The notes under the pieces were generated by a model. The model searched no databases. It saw only the letters and a program-made list of their open reading frames with translations, and had not been told where the DNA came from. A stretch of DNA of 33,370 bases from Actinomycetota bacterium (lineage in GTDB: Bacteria; Actinomycetota; Acidimicrobiia; Acidimicrobiales; Ilumatobacteraceae), in NCBI GenBank assembly GCA_041181165.1, contig JBEGQB010000001.1:1-33370 (forward strand), in the 5' to 3' direction. Positions 7,672-16,017 of the stretch are shown here, piece by piece; the stretch's first letter is position 1; each line of letters opens with the position of its first letter. The position numbers were made by a program, and so were the translations under genes.

Positions 7672-7845
7672 ATGTCCGAACCCCGCGACGCCGGTCAGGC
7701 GACATCCGAGTACGCGCTCGTCATACTGGCTGCTGCCCTCATCGCTCTCCTCGTGGTTGCGTGGGCCAACGGAGGTGGCGGTGCCGGCAAGATCGGCGAG
7801 TTGTTCGATCGCATCATCGACAATGTCATCTCCAAGGTTCCCTGA
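7672..7845 (+). CDS. flp: Flp-type pilin (actinobacterial DUF4244-like), 57 aa
   Basis: Not in the ORF track (under 60 aa). My translation: MSEPRDAGQATSEYALVILAAALIALLVVAWANGGGGAGKIGELFDRIIDNVISKVP. It has the G/xxTxEY prepilin motif followed by a hydrophobic helix. RBS AAAGGAA lies upstream of ATG 7672. Confidence 0.7.
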   Translation: MSEPRDAGQATSEYALVILAAALIALLVVAWANGGGGAGKIGELFDRIIDNVISKVP

Positions 7846-8215
7846 TCGTCGACGCGACGTCGGTCAGGCGGTGGTCGAATTCGCTCTCACGCTGCCAATA
7901 GTCGTCCTCATGTTGCTTCTCATGGTCGAGGTCGGACTTCTGATCGTCGACCAAGTCCGCCTCGTGCACCTGTGTCGCGATGCCACCCGCGCCGCTTCGA
8001 TCTCCAACGATCCAGTGAACGCGGCGCGCAACACGATGTCCGATGACGAAGTCACTGTGCGGGTCGTGGAGGATCGGTTGAGTGTGACGGTCGTGGTCGA
8101 GAGTGTTCACCACACCGATCTCCCCCTCATCGGAGCTCTTCTTCCCGATGTCACGATGAGCGAGCGCCTCACCATGGCCTGGGAGGGCCAGCCGGGCACT
8201 TCGACAATTGGCTAG
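7823..8215 (+). CDS. tadE: TadE-family pseudopilin / pilus assembly protein
   Basis: From ATG 7823: MSSPRFPDRRRDVGQAVVEFALTLPIVVLMLLLMVEV. GQAxVEFAL followed by a TM helix is the TadE N-terminal signature. Overlaps flp by 23 nt. Confidence 0.7.
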   Translation: MSSPRFPDRRRDVGQAVVEFALTLPIVVLMLLLMVEVGLLIVDQVRLVHLCRDATRAASISNDPVNAARNTMSDDEVTVRVVEDRLSVTVVVESVHHTDLPLIGALLPDVTMSERLTMAWEGQPGTSTIG

Positions 8216-8225
8216 TTTGTGCGCA

Positions 8226-8558
8226 ATGGCATCTGGGGTCGACGTCGACGAAACACCGACGCTCTTCACCATCACCGTGTCGGGGGACCTCGACATCGCC
8301 ACCATCCCCGGTGTCCACGACGCCGTCCACAAGGGAGGTCGCTCGGCCGCCGCGGCGATCGCCATCGATTTGGATGGGCTCACCTCGATCGACGAGTCGG
8401 CTCTCGGAATCCTTGCTGGCGCAGTCCGCTCACTTCATGTACAAGGGCGGGCGGTCTGGATCGTGTGCAACATTCATCCGCTTGTCGAACGTATGAGGCG
8501 CCTCGGACTTCTCGACGTCGCTAGGTCGGTCGGATCCCTGCACGACATCTCGTCGTGA
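8226..8558 (+). CDS. STAS-domain anti-sigma-factor antagonist (SpoIIAA/RsbV-like)
   Basis: Contains FTITVSGDLDIATIPGVHDAV ... AIDLDGLTSIDESALGILAGAV ... RAVWIVCNIHPLVERMRRLGLLDV. ATG 8226 is preferred over TTG 8208. Confidence 0.8.
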   Translation: MASGVDVDETPTLFTITVSGDLDIATIPGVHDAVHKGGRSAAAAIAIDLDGLTSIDESALGILAGAVRSLHVQGRAVWIVCNIHPLVERMRRLGLLDVARSVGSLHDISS

Positions 8559-8582
8559 TGATCCGACCGACACACTGTTGAG

Positions 8583-10070
8583 GTGGAGACGGTATGGGTC
8601 CTCGGAGACCAGCTCAACCGAGGGTTTGCCGGACTCGCCGATGCCACGCCGAGAACGCATCGAGTTCTGATGGTGGAGAGCATCGGAAAGCTGCATTCGA
8701 AGGCATGGCACATCCAGCGCGCACATCTGGTGATCACCGCCATGCGTCGATTCGCCGCCGAACTCCGTGCCGAAGGCTTCATCGTCGACTATCGGCGTAG
8801 CTCATCTCTCGCTCAGGGGCTTCATGAACATCGTGTGGAGTTCGAACCAACCCGGGTGATCGTGATGGAGCCCGCGAGTTGGTCGGGGCTCGAACTCGTG
8901 CGTTCCTTGCATTGCCATGTCGTTCGTTCGAACCAGTTCCTGTGTCATCCCGATGAATTCGCTTCGTGGGCGAGTGGTCGAAAGTCGTTCAAGATGGAGG
9001 ACTTCTACCGGACCCAACGAGTGAAGTTCGGCTACCTCATGGACGGCGACGAGCCGGTTGGGGGCCGCTGGAATCTCGATACCGAGAATCGCCAGCCACC
9101 ACCCCGGGATGGGTTGAACCACTGGCCGAGTCCGAAGAGATCGGATCTCGATTCGCTCGACGACGAAGTCCTCGCCGACATCGGTCCGTATTGTCACGGC
9201 GATCGACCCACCGGCATCTGGGCCACCGATCGTGTTGGTGCCCTGCTCCGACTCGATCATTTCCTCCACGAACTCCTGCCGCAGTTCGGTCCGCACGAGG
9301 ATGCGATGACTACTTCGTCGTGGCATCTTGCTCATTCGCTGTTGTCGCCGTATCTCAATCTGGGTCTCCTGACACCGAAGGAAGTGTGCGACGCCGTTCA
9401 GATCGAATACGAACGTGGTCGAGTGCCATTGGCTTCCGCCGAAGGATTCATTCGTCAGGTCATCGGCTGGCGGGAATACGTCTGGGGTTTGTACTGGCTC
9501 TGGATGCCCGACTACGCCGAGATGAACGTTCTCGAGGCGAACGATCCACTTCCGGCATGCTTCAACGGACAGCCGACGCAGATGCGATGCGTCTCGACCG
9601 TTCTCGCCGAAATCAAACGGCACGGCTGGGCGCATCACATCCAACGTCTCATGATCATCGGCAATCTCTCGCTCATCACCGGCTGCTCGCCGCAGGCCCT
9701 GACCGAATGGATGTGGGCGAATTTCGTCGATGGTGCGGAATGGGTGATGGTTCCGAATGTGATCGGCATGTCGCAGTTCGCCGACGGTGGGAAGATGGCC
9801 ACCAAGCCCTACGCGTCGGGCGGTGCCTACATCGACAAGATGAGCGACTACTGCAAGGGGTGTCGATACAAGCGCACCGAGCGCACCGGACCCGATGCCT
9901 GCCCATTCACCACTTTGTATTGGGACTTCATGGCCCGGCACGAGGCTCGATTGGGAAGAAACCCCCGCGTGGCGCAGCAGGTGCGGGCGGCATTCAAGTT
10001 GTCCGACCTCGACGCGGTCCGCGCGAGGGCCGTGGAGGTCAGATCCGGTCTCGCCGAGGGCACGATCTAG
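8583..10070 (+). CDS. Cryptochrome/photolyase-family protein of the FeS-BCP/CryPro type (prokaryotic (6-4) photolyase-like)
   Basis: About 495 aa. Begins WVLGDQLN (COG3046-like). Contains IRQVIGWREYVWGLYW and HHIQRLMIIGN. The C-terminal Cys set (PACF, YCKGCRY, DACPF) fits a 4Fe-4S ligand pattern. GTG start. Confidence 0.8.
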   Translation: METVWVLGDQLNRGFAGLADATPRTHRVLMVESIGKLHSKAWHIQRAHLVITAMRRFAAELRAEGFIVDYRRSSSLAQGLHEHRVEFEPTRVIVMEPASWSGLELVRSLHCHVVRSNQFLCHPDEFASWASGRKSFKMEDFYRTQRVKFGYLMDGDEPVGGRWNLDTENRQPPPRDGLNHWPSPKRSDLDSLDDEVLADIGPYCHGDRPTGIWATDRVGALLRLDHFLHELLPQFGPHEDAMTTSSWHLAHSLLSPYLNLGLLTPKEVCDAVQIEYERGRVPLASAEGFIRQVIGWREYVWGLYWLWMPDYAEMNVLEANDPLPACFNGQPTQMRCVSTVLAEIKRHGWAHHIQRLMIIGNLSLITGCSPQALTEWMWANFVDGAEWVMVPNVIGMSQFADGGKMATKPYASGGAYIDKMSDYCKGCRYKRTERTGPDACPFTTLYWDFMARHEARLGRNPRVAQQVRAAFKLSDLDAVRARAVEVRSGLAEGTI

Positions 10071-10203
10071 CCGGATTTCCCCTGCTTGGGGAGCCTGTCT
10101 GTCAAACTTGGAAAAATCTTGAAGAAAAGCGCGAGGACGCCCGTCGGTCCGGCTCTTGTCCGGTGTGCGGCAAACGGCCACACGCAGAACCAAAGGACAC
10201 GAC

Positions 10204-10920
10204 ATGAACATCACCCGCCGCCCCAACCTCCGCCGAGCCGCCGGCCTCGGACTCACCGTTGCCGCCCTCGTCATCGGCGCCAGCGCCTGTGGCTCAGACA
10301 ACTCGGCCGACGAAACCGATGTGCCGAGCACGGAGATGGTCGTCGAGAGCCAGCCCGTCGACGCCCAATCCTCGAATGAGTCGGTCGCCCCGGCCGAGCA
10401 GGAAACCACCGCCCCCGTCGTGGCTCAGCCCGCCGCCCCGGCCGAGGACGACAGCGACCACAACGACATCCCGAACGAGTCCTATGTGAACGAAGACGGA
10501 GCCGTCGACCCCGCCGCTCCCACGAACGAAGCCCCACAGAACACCATCGTGATCCCGACGATCAAAGTGCCGATCCTGCCGACCACAACGATGAAGATCC
10601 CCTCGGTGCTACCCACCGTGACGGTGAGCCCGACCGTGATCTCGGGCCTCAAGGTTGCCCTGTCAGATCTCGTCGTCGTGAAATCGAGCCCACTCGAGGT
10701 GACCTTCAAATTGACTGAGGGAACCGCCGAGATCTCCCGTGTCGACTTCGCTTGGTCGGCTCCTGGCTTGACCGGTTCGGGTGAAGCGACCCGAGTCACC
10801 AACAATTCGGCCACGGTCTCGACCTGGAGAGTCGGCAGCATGCTCGCCAACACAACGACCCTGCGGATCTCGGTGACCGAGGCCAATGGCACAGTCACGA
10901 CGTTCGTCAAGAACTTCTGA
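10204..10920 (+). CDS. Putative secreted lipoprotein with a Pro/Thr/Ala-rich linker and a C-terminal beta-rich domain
   Basis: From ATG 10204: MNITRRPNLRRAAGLGLTVAALVIGASAC-GSD, which gives a signal peptide plus a lipobox-like Cys. No recognisable catalytic motif. Confidence 0.6.
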   Translation: MNITRRPNLRRAAGLGLTVAALVIGASACGSDNSADETDVPSTEMVVESQPVDAQSSNESVAPAEQETTAPVVAQPAAPAEDDSDHNDIPNESYVNEDGAVDPAAPTNEAPQNTIVIPTIKVPILPTTTMKIPSVLPTVTVSPTVISGLKVALSDLVVVKSSPLEVTFKLTEGTAEISRVDFAWSAPGLTGSGEATRVTNNSATVSTWRVGSMLANTTTLRISVTEANGTVTTFVKNF

Positions 10921-10943
10921 CCATCAACCTGCACGACAGCGAC

Positions 10944-10967
10944 GAGCCCGGCCGCACGGCCGGGCTC
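10944..10967. terminator. Perfect 10-bp GC-rich hairpin between the lipoprotein gene and tRNA-Ala (possible bidirectional terminator)
   Basis: gagcccggcc-gcac-ggccgggctc. There is no U-tract on either strand. Confidence 0.45.
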
Positions 10968-10977
10968 ACTCGCGTTG

Positions 10978-11051
10978 TGGAGACGATGGGACTCGAACCC
11001 ACGACCCCCTGCTTGCAAAGCAGGTGCTCTAGCCAGCTGAGCTACGTCCCC
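10978..11051 (-). tRNA. tRNA-Ala (anticodon UGC)
   Basis: Reverse complement: GGGGACGTAGCTCAGCTGGCTAGAGCACCTGCTTTGCAAGCAGGGGGTCGTGGGTTCGAGTCCCATCGTCTCCA. It has the G3:U70 pair, anticodon loop TTTGCAA and T-loop TTCGAGT. CCA is not encoded. Confidence 0.95.
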
Positions 11052-11127
11052 GAAGGGCTTCCATAGGTTAGCCCCCACCTGGGTGTCGGCTGAGAGGCAA
11101 AACGAGAAGCAGACCTACTCTGTTCCC

Positions 11128-12420
11128 ATGTCGACCGGTCTTCCCGGCGGGCGTCCGGCCCGCACCCAGTTCGGAACCTTCCTCGCGCCTCACCATCCCG
11201 TGGGCGAGAACCCGACCCTTCAATTCCAAAGCGATATCGAATTCGCCGCTCACCTCGATCATCTCGGTTTCGACGAGTTCTGGTGCGGAGAACACCATTC
11301 GAGCGGCTGGGAAATGATCGCCTCGCCAGAAATGTTCCTGGCTGCCGCTGGGCAGAAGACGAGCAATATCCGTCTCGGGACCGGAGTCGTCTCTTTGCCG
11401 TATCACCATCCGTTCAACGTCGCTCAACGAATCGTGCAACTCGACCACATGACCAAGGGTCGGGCGATGTTCGGCACCGGACCCGGTGCTCTACCCAGTG
11501 ACGCCTGGACACTCGGCATCGACCCGCTCGTGCAACGTGACCGTCAAGACGAGGCGATGGGGGTGATACTTCGCTTGCTGCGTGGCGAGGATCGGTTCAC
11601 CCATGAGAGCGACTGGTTCACCTTGAAGGACGCTCAGCTCCAGCTGCTGCCCGTTCAGGACAACATGCCGATCGCCACTGCTTCCACGTTGTCTCCGTCG
11701 GGAATGCAGTTGGCCGGCAAGTACGGGTGCGGCGTGTTGTCGATTGCGTCGAACTCCACCGCTGGTCTGGCAGCTCTTCCCACCCAGTGGACCTTCGCCG
11801 AAGAGGCCGCCGCCAAGCACGGCCAGAAGGTCGATCGTTCGAATTGGCGTGTGCTAATGAGTTGGCACATCGCCGAGACGCGTGAGAAGGCTCGTGAGGA
11901 GGCGGTGGACGGTCTCCAGCGCTGGCACAACGAATACAACGTCTGGACCCTCGGCCGTCCCGGGGCGCAACACGTCGAAGACAAGTGGGCTCTTCTCGAT
12001 CAGATCACGAGCGCGGGAACCGCAGTGGTCGGAACCCCTGATGATCTCGTGCGCACGATTCGCAATCTCCAGGAAGTCACGGGTGGATTCGGCGTGGTCC
12101 TGGGCTTCGCTCACGACTGGGCCAATCGTGAGAACACCCGGCGCTCATGGGATCTGGTCGCCCGTTACGTGATCCCTGAAATCAATCGCACGACCGAACG
12201 CCAGCGGGCGTCGATGAAATTCTTGAACGACAATCAAGCGACATTGATGGCGGGCGCCGGAGCGGCTGTGATGCAAAAGATCATGGCCGATGAACGGGCC
12301 TCGGCCGAGTTGGTCACGATGATGCAGCAGATGCAGGCCGGTCAGGACGATCGCAACTCCACGTTCCGTCCCGGCGGTGGCGTGCGCGAGGACCAACTGC
12401 CGACTACCGCCGGCGAGTGA
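11128..12420 (+). CDS. LLM-class (luciferase-like) flavin-dependent monooxygenase/oxidoreductase
   Basis: Contains FGTFLAPHHP ... LGFDEFWCGEHHSSGWEMIASPEMFLAAAGQKTSNIRLGTGVVSLPYHHP ... LDHMTKGRAMFGTGPG. ATG 11128 is preferred over GTG 11083. Confidence 0.85.
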   Translation: MSTGLPGGRPARTQFGTFLAPHHPVGENPTLQFQSDIEFAAHLDHLGFDEFWCGEHHSSGWEMIASPEMFLAAAGQKTSNIRLGTGVVSLPYHHPFNVAQRIVQLDHMTKGRAMFGTGPGALPSDAWTLGIDPLVQRDRQDEAMGVILRLLRGEDRFTHESDWFTLKDAQLQLLPVQDNMPIATASTLSPSGMQLAGKYGCGVLSIASNSTAGLAALPTQWTFAEEAAAKHGQKVDRSNWRVLMSWHIAETREKAREEAVDGLQRWHNEYNVWTLGRPGAQHVEDKWALLDQITSAGTAVVGTPDDLVRTIRNLQEVTGGFGVVLGFAHDWANRENTRRSWDLVARYVIPEINRTTERQRASMKFLNDNQATLMAGAGAAVMQKIMADERASAELVTMMQQMQAGQDDRNSTFRPGGGVREDQLPTTAGE

Positions 12421-12421
12421 C

Positions 12422-12637
12422 TCAGTCGTTCTCTTTCAACGCCACTGCGTTGGGGGTCACGTTCATCTTCGGTTCGTACTCGGCGACTTCGATCGTGCGC
12501 GAAACGTTGCGCAACTTGGCCCGCAATTCGTCCCGACATGATTCGCAGGGTCCGTAGAAGCGACTTTCGTGGGACTGACGGCACCGTGGACACTCGTGCT
12601 TCTTCTGGGCGAGGGTCAATGGAAGCGTGTCGGGCAC
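12422..12637 (-). CDS. Small zinc-ribbon protein (CxxC...CxxC), function unknown
   Basis: 71 aa: ...HECPRCRQSHESRFYGPCESCRDELRAKL... Convergent with the LLM gene, with a 1-nt gap. No family recognised. Confidence 0.45.
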   Translation of the reverse strand: MPDTLPLTLAQKKHECPRCRQSHESRFYGPCESCRDELRAKLRNVSRTIEVAEYEPKMNVTPNAVALKEND

Positions 12638-12701
12638 GTGATCGACAGTAGTCGGATGCCCCAGGAGGGATTGTCACTACGTCTCCATCTACTCTTCGGT
12701 C

Positions 12702-13721
12702 GTGCACGTCGACGTGATGACCACCCCACTCCCGCTCAGCCAGACGGCCGAGCACGCCCGGCGGGCACAATCAGCCGGGTTCTCCGGCCTGTTGTTCACC
12801 GAAGCCGGGCGCACCGCATACCTCAACGTTGCGGCCGCCGCGCTCGCCGCACCAGGACTCGAGTTCTCGACGGGAGTGGCAGTTGCGTTTCCGCGCAGCC
12901 CGTTCATCACTGCTGCCACGGCATGGGAATTGCAGGAGGCGTCGGGTGGCAATTTCCGCCTCGGCCTCGGCACTCAGGTGAAGACACATGTCGTACGCCG
13001 CTACGGCGTCGACTTCGACCGACCCGGTCCGCGACTTCGTGATTACGTGCTCGCGGTGAAGGCGTGCTTTCGTGCCTTTCGTACGAACGAACTCGATCAC
13101 CGTGGTGAGTTCTACGAGTTGACGTTCATCAATCGTCAGTGGAGCCCCGGTCCGATTGATATGGCCGACCCCAAGGTCGACATCGCCGCTGTGAATCCGT
13201 GGATGCTGCGTATGGCCGGGGAGGTCGCCGACGGAGTCCATGTTCATCCGATCGGTGAGCCCGGATACTTGAGCCGACATGTCGTTCCCAAAGTCGCCGA
13301 GGGTGCGGCGTTCACCGGACGTTCACCCTCGGATGTCTCGATCATCGTTCCCGTGATGACGATCGTGGGTGACTCCGATGCAGAGCGAGCGGCCGAGCGC
13401 GAGCACTTGCGGGCCATGCTCAGTTTCTACGGAAGTACTCCGAACTACGCGTTCATCTGGGATGAAGCGGGTTTCGAAGGAACAACCGCTCGGATCCGGG
13501 AGAAGCAGAAAGCTGGTGACTTCGCCGGAATGGCGGCCCAGATCACCGACGATCACCTGGCGGTCTTCACCACCGAGTCCACATGGGACGGTCTGGCCGA
13601 CGCACTCGTGACGAAGTACGGATCCATCGCGAATCGCATCGTGCTGTACAACGCGAACCTGTCTCCTGAACGATTCGAGCGCTATGGAGATGTCGCCCGA
13701 CTCATCAGTGGTCGGGGGTAG
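12702..13721 (+). CDS. LLM-class oxidoreductase, probably F420-dependent (TIGR03617-like)
   Basis: Contains AQSAGFSGLLFTEAGRTAYL ... FRLGLGTQVKTHVVRRYGVDFDRPGPRLRDYV ... LSFYGSTPNY. The pattern matches my memory of the TIGR03617 family. GTG start. Confidence 0.75.
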   Translation: MHVDVMTTPLPLSQTAEHARRAQSAGFSGLLFTEAGRTAYLNVAAAALAAPGLEFSTGVAVAFPRSPFITAATAWELQEASGGNFRLGLGTQVKTHVVRRYGVDFDRPGPRLRDYVLAVKACFRAFRTNELDHRGEFYELTFINRQWSPGPIDMADPKVDIAAVNPWMLRMAGEVADGVHVHPIGEPGYLSRHVVPKVAEGAAFTGRSPSDVSIIVPVMTIVGDSDAERAAEREHLRAMLSFYGSTPNYAFIWDEAGFEGTTARIREKQKAGDFAGMAAQITDDHLAVFTTESTWDGLADALVTKYGSIANRIVLYNANLSPERFERYGDVARLISGRG

Positions 13722-13730
13722 CCTGCCGGC

Positions 13731-14966
13731 ATGGCCGGCGACCTGATCTACGCATTCCGAATCAAGCGCCTGCCTCTGCTCGATGCCGGCGGTGCGAGCA
13801 TCGGCCGCATCGAGGACATCGTGGTCGTACCTGGTCGTTCCGGTACGTCGCCACGAGTCGTGGGCTTCCTCGCCGCCAGTCAGCGTCGCCGGATCTTCGT
13901 CAACGCCGGAAAGGTCGGCGAGATCTCCGACGAAGGCGTGCGCCTGCGTTCATGGGACATCGATCTCAATCCCTTCAAACAGAAAAAGGGTGAGCGACTC
14001 CTGACCCGAGACGTCATCGATCGTCGCGTGAACGGTGAGACCGTGAGCGATGTCTCGCTCCGTTGGCGCGAGGACTCGCGCTCGGGAGGTTGGGAGGTGG
14101 CTCAGGTTCGTCTGGCCAAGCGCACCGCCCTGCGCCGACGTCCGAGTCATCGACTCGTCGACTGGACCGAGGTCGCCCATCTCTTCGCCGCCACCACCGA
14201 AATGGTCGCCGAGGCGGCGCGTCTTCACGACATGCACCCAACCGATGTGGCGGCGGTGGTCCGGTCGCTTCCCTTGGCCCAAAGGCGCCAACTCGCCGAA
14301 GCCATGGACGACGATCGCTTGGCCGACGTCCTCGAGGAACTTCCCGAAGCCGAACAGGTGGGACTCATCGAGGGTCTCGACATGGAACGACTCCTCGCCG
14401 TGCTCGACGAAATGGAAGTCGACGACCTCGCCGACCTCCTCGCCGAGATGCCCGGCGACCAACGAACCAAGATCCTCGATGCCATGGACGACGAGGACGC
14501 CGACATGATGCGTCGACTTCTCGCCTACGAGGACGGCACCGCCGGTGGTCTGATGACCCCCGACATCATCGTGCTCGGACCCACGAGCACCGTGGCTGAA
14601 GCCCTCGCCCAGATCCGCGACCCGGACTGGCTGGTGTCGATCGCCGCCCAGGTCTTCGTGTGCCGTCCTCCCTATAAAGCACCCACCGGCAAGTACTTGG
14701 GTGTGGTTCACTTTCAGCGGCTTCTTCGTGAGGCGCCGAGTATGGAACTCGGGCAGTGTCTCGAAACCGAACCCACGATCACTCCGGATATCAGCGACCG
14801 AGAGGTTGCCGAGCGTCTCGCTTCGTACAACATGCTGTCGATCGGCGTGTGTGACGAAGCCGGCCGTCTGCTCGGGGCGATCACCGTCGACGACGTGCTC
14901 GACCGCACGCTGCCGACGGGATGGCGACAACGTCGCCGTCAAGAGACGCCGACCCGCGTTGGCTGA
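13731..14966 (+). CDS. MgtE N-terminal domain plus CBS-pair protein (no transporter TM domain), with a PRC-barrel-like N-terminus
   Basis: Contains HPTDVAAVVRSLPLAQRRQLAEAMDDDRLADVLEELPEAEQVGLIEGLD...DDLADLLAEMPGDQRTKILDAMD (MgtE_N repeats), then GGLMTPDIIVLGP ... ITVDDVLD (CBS). Confidence 0.8.
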   Translation: MAGDLIYAFRIKRLPLLDAGGASIGRIEDIVVVPGRSGTSPRVVGFLAASQRRRIFVNAGKVGEISDEGVRLRSWDIDLNPFKQKKGERLLTRDVIDRRVNGETVSDVSLRWREDSRSGGWEVAQVRLAKRTALRRRPSHRLVDWTEVAHLFAATTEMVAEAARLHDMHPTDVAAVVRSLPLAQRRQLAEAMDDDRLADVLEELPEAEQVGLIEGLDMERLLAVLDEMEVDDLADLLAEMPGDQRTKILDAMDDEDADMMRRLLAYEDGTAGGLMTPDIIVLGPTSTVAEALAQIRDPDWLVSIAAQVFVCRPPYKAPTGKYLGVVHFQRLLREAPSMELGQCLETEPTITPDISDREVAERLASYNMLSIGVCDEAGRLLGAITVDDVLDRTLPTGWRQRRRQETPTRVG

Positions 14967-15022
14967 TCATCAGGACGTCACAGAGAACAACCATGTAGGA
15001 AACGGCAACTGAAGGAGGTGTC

Positions 15023-15544
15023 ATGAAGCGCAAAGCACGTCTCGCCGAACCTCGGCGCCGCCGACGCATCGGCATTCACTACGACACCGACGCCTTCGGT
15101 CAGTTCTCCGAGGCCATTGCTCGCACTCTCGGTACGGCTCGATATCTCGTCTGGCAATCGGGTGTCATCATCTTCTGGATCGCGTACAACGTGATCGTTC
15201 CGGAATCTTGGACCTTCGACCCGTGGGGCCGTGGTCTCGTGCTCCTCACCCTCGTGTTGTCGCTGCAGGCGTCGTACGCGGCTCCACTGATCCTGCTCGC
15301 TCAGAATCGTCAAGAAGCGCGGGATCGAACACAGACCGAGCTCGATCGCAAGGTCGCCGAGCGCACCCAAGCCGATACCGAGTTCCTCGCCCGAGAGTTG
15401 GCCAGTGTGCGGTTGTCACTCACCGACGTTGCCACAACCGAAGATCTACGTGAATTGGTCGATCTCGAGGAATTGCAGAAGAAGGTCGACTACCTGACCG
15501 AGGTGGTCGAAAAACTCGCGACTCGACTCGATCAGGAACACTGA
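15023..15544 (+). CDS. DUF1003 membrane protein
   Basis: Contains FGQFSEAIARTLGTARYLVWQSGVIIFWIAYN ... LLTLVLSLQASYAAPLILLAQNRQEARDR. Strong SD (GAAGGAGG) before the ATG. Commonly paired with the preceding MgtE_N/CBS gene in Actinobacteria. Confidence 0.8.
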   Translation: MKRKARLAEPRRRRRIGIHYDTDAFGQFSEAIARTLGTARYLVWQSGVIIFWIAYNVIVPESWTFDPWGRGLVLLTLVLSLQASYAAPLILLAQNRQEARDRTQTELDRKVAERTQADTEFLARELASVRLSLTDVATTEDLRELVDLEELQKKVDYLTEVVEKLATRLDQEH

Positions 15545-15981
15545 CCGCATCGACCCATGAGGTCGAGGCGATGGCCGAGCAACGTGAATCCGGCGGCTCG
15601 TGCCGACGGTGCCAGTCCTTCACCGAGTTGTCGTTCGATTGCCTCGGGAATGTCGATATCCACGACCTGACCACAGGACACACACACCAAGTGATGATGG
15701 TGGCCCTTCAGGTCCTCGGCCAGTTCGAAAGCGGATCGCTCTCCGTTGGTGAGAACCTTCACCACCACACCGGCTTCTTCGAGAACCGCAAGGTTGCGAT
15801 ACACGCTGCTCTGCGGAAGGTCCCGAGTGGCCGAGGAGATCTCGGTGGTCACGAGCGGATGCTTGGCCGACGAAAGGACGTCCACCAGACGGCGGCGACC
15901 ATCCGAGTATCGCTGATTGATGGACTTCAGGCGAGCCGATGCGATGTCATGAACATCGGGACGGTTCTCGGTCTTGCTCAT
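15532..15981 (-). CDS. Fur-family metalloregulator (Fur/Zur-like)
   Basis: Contains a winged-helix region, then HHHHLVCVSCGQVVDI and C-terminal GRCGQCS (two CxxC pairs). ATG 15981 is preferred over TTG 15996. The 3' end overlaps the DUF1003 gene convergently by 13 nt. Confidence 0.85.
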   Translation of the reverse strand: MSKTENRPDVHDIASARLKSINQRYSDGRRRLVDVLSSAKHPLVTTEISSATRDLPQSSVYRNLAVLEEAGVVVKVLTNGERSAFELAEDLKGHHHHLVCVSCGQVVDIDIPEAIERQLGEGLAPSARAAGFTLLGHRLDLMGRCGQCS

Positions 15982-16017
15982 ACCGAGAATGTACAAGCGA
16001 CTCGGATCAGCCGCTGT

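Noticed and set aside
8802-10409. 535-aa minus-strand ORF
   Set aside because: It is antisense to the photolyase-family gene, which has clear conserved motifs. The composition is Arg/Gly/Pro-rich with no motifs.
11067-11075. 9-nt match (gttagcccc) to the tRNA-Ile 3' acceptor end next to tRNA-Ala, considered as a possible att scar delimiting the 6-kb block
   Set aside because: The match is only 9 nt, in inverted rather than direct orientation relative to tRNA-Ile, and no integrase is present. It is compatible with chance in GC-rich DNA.
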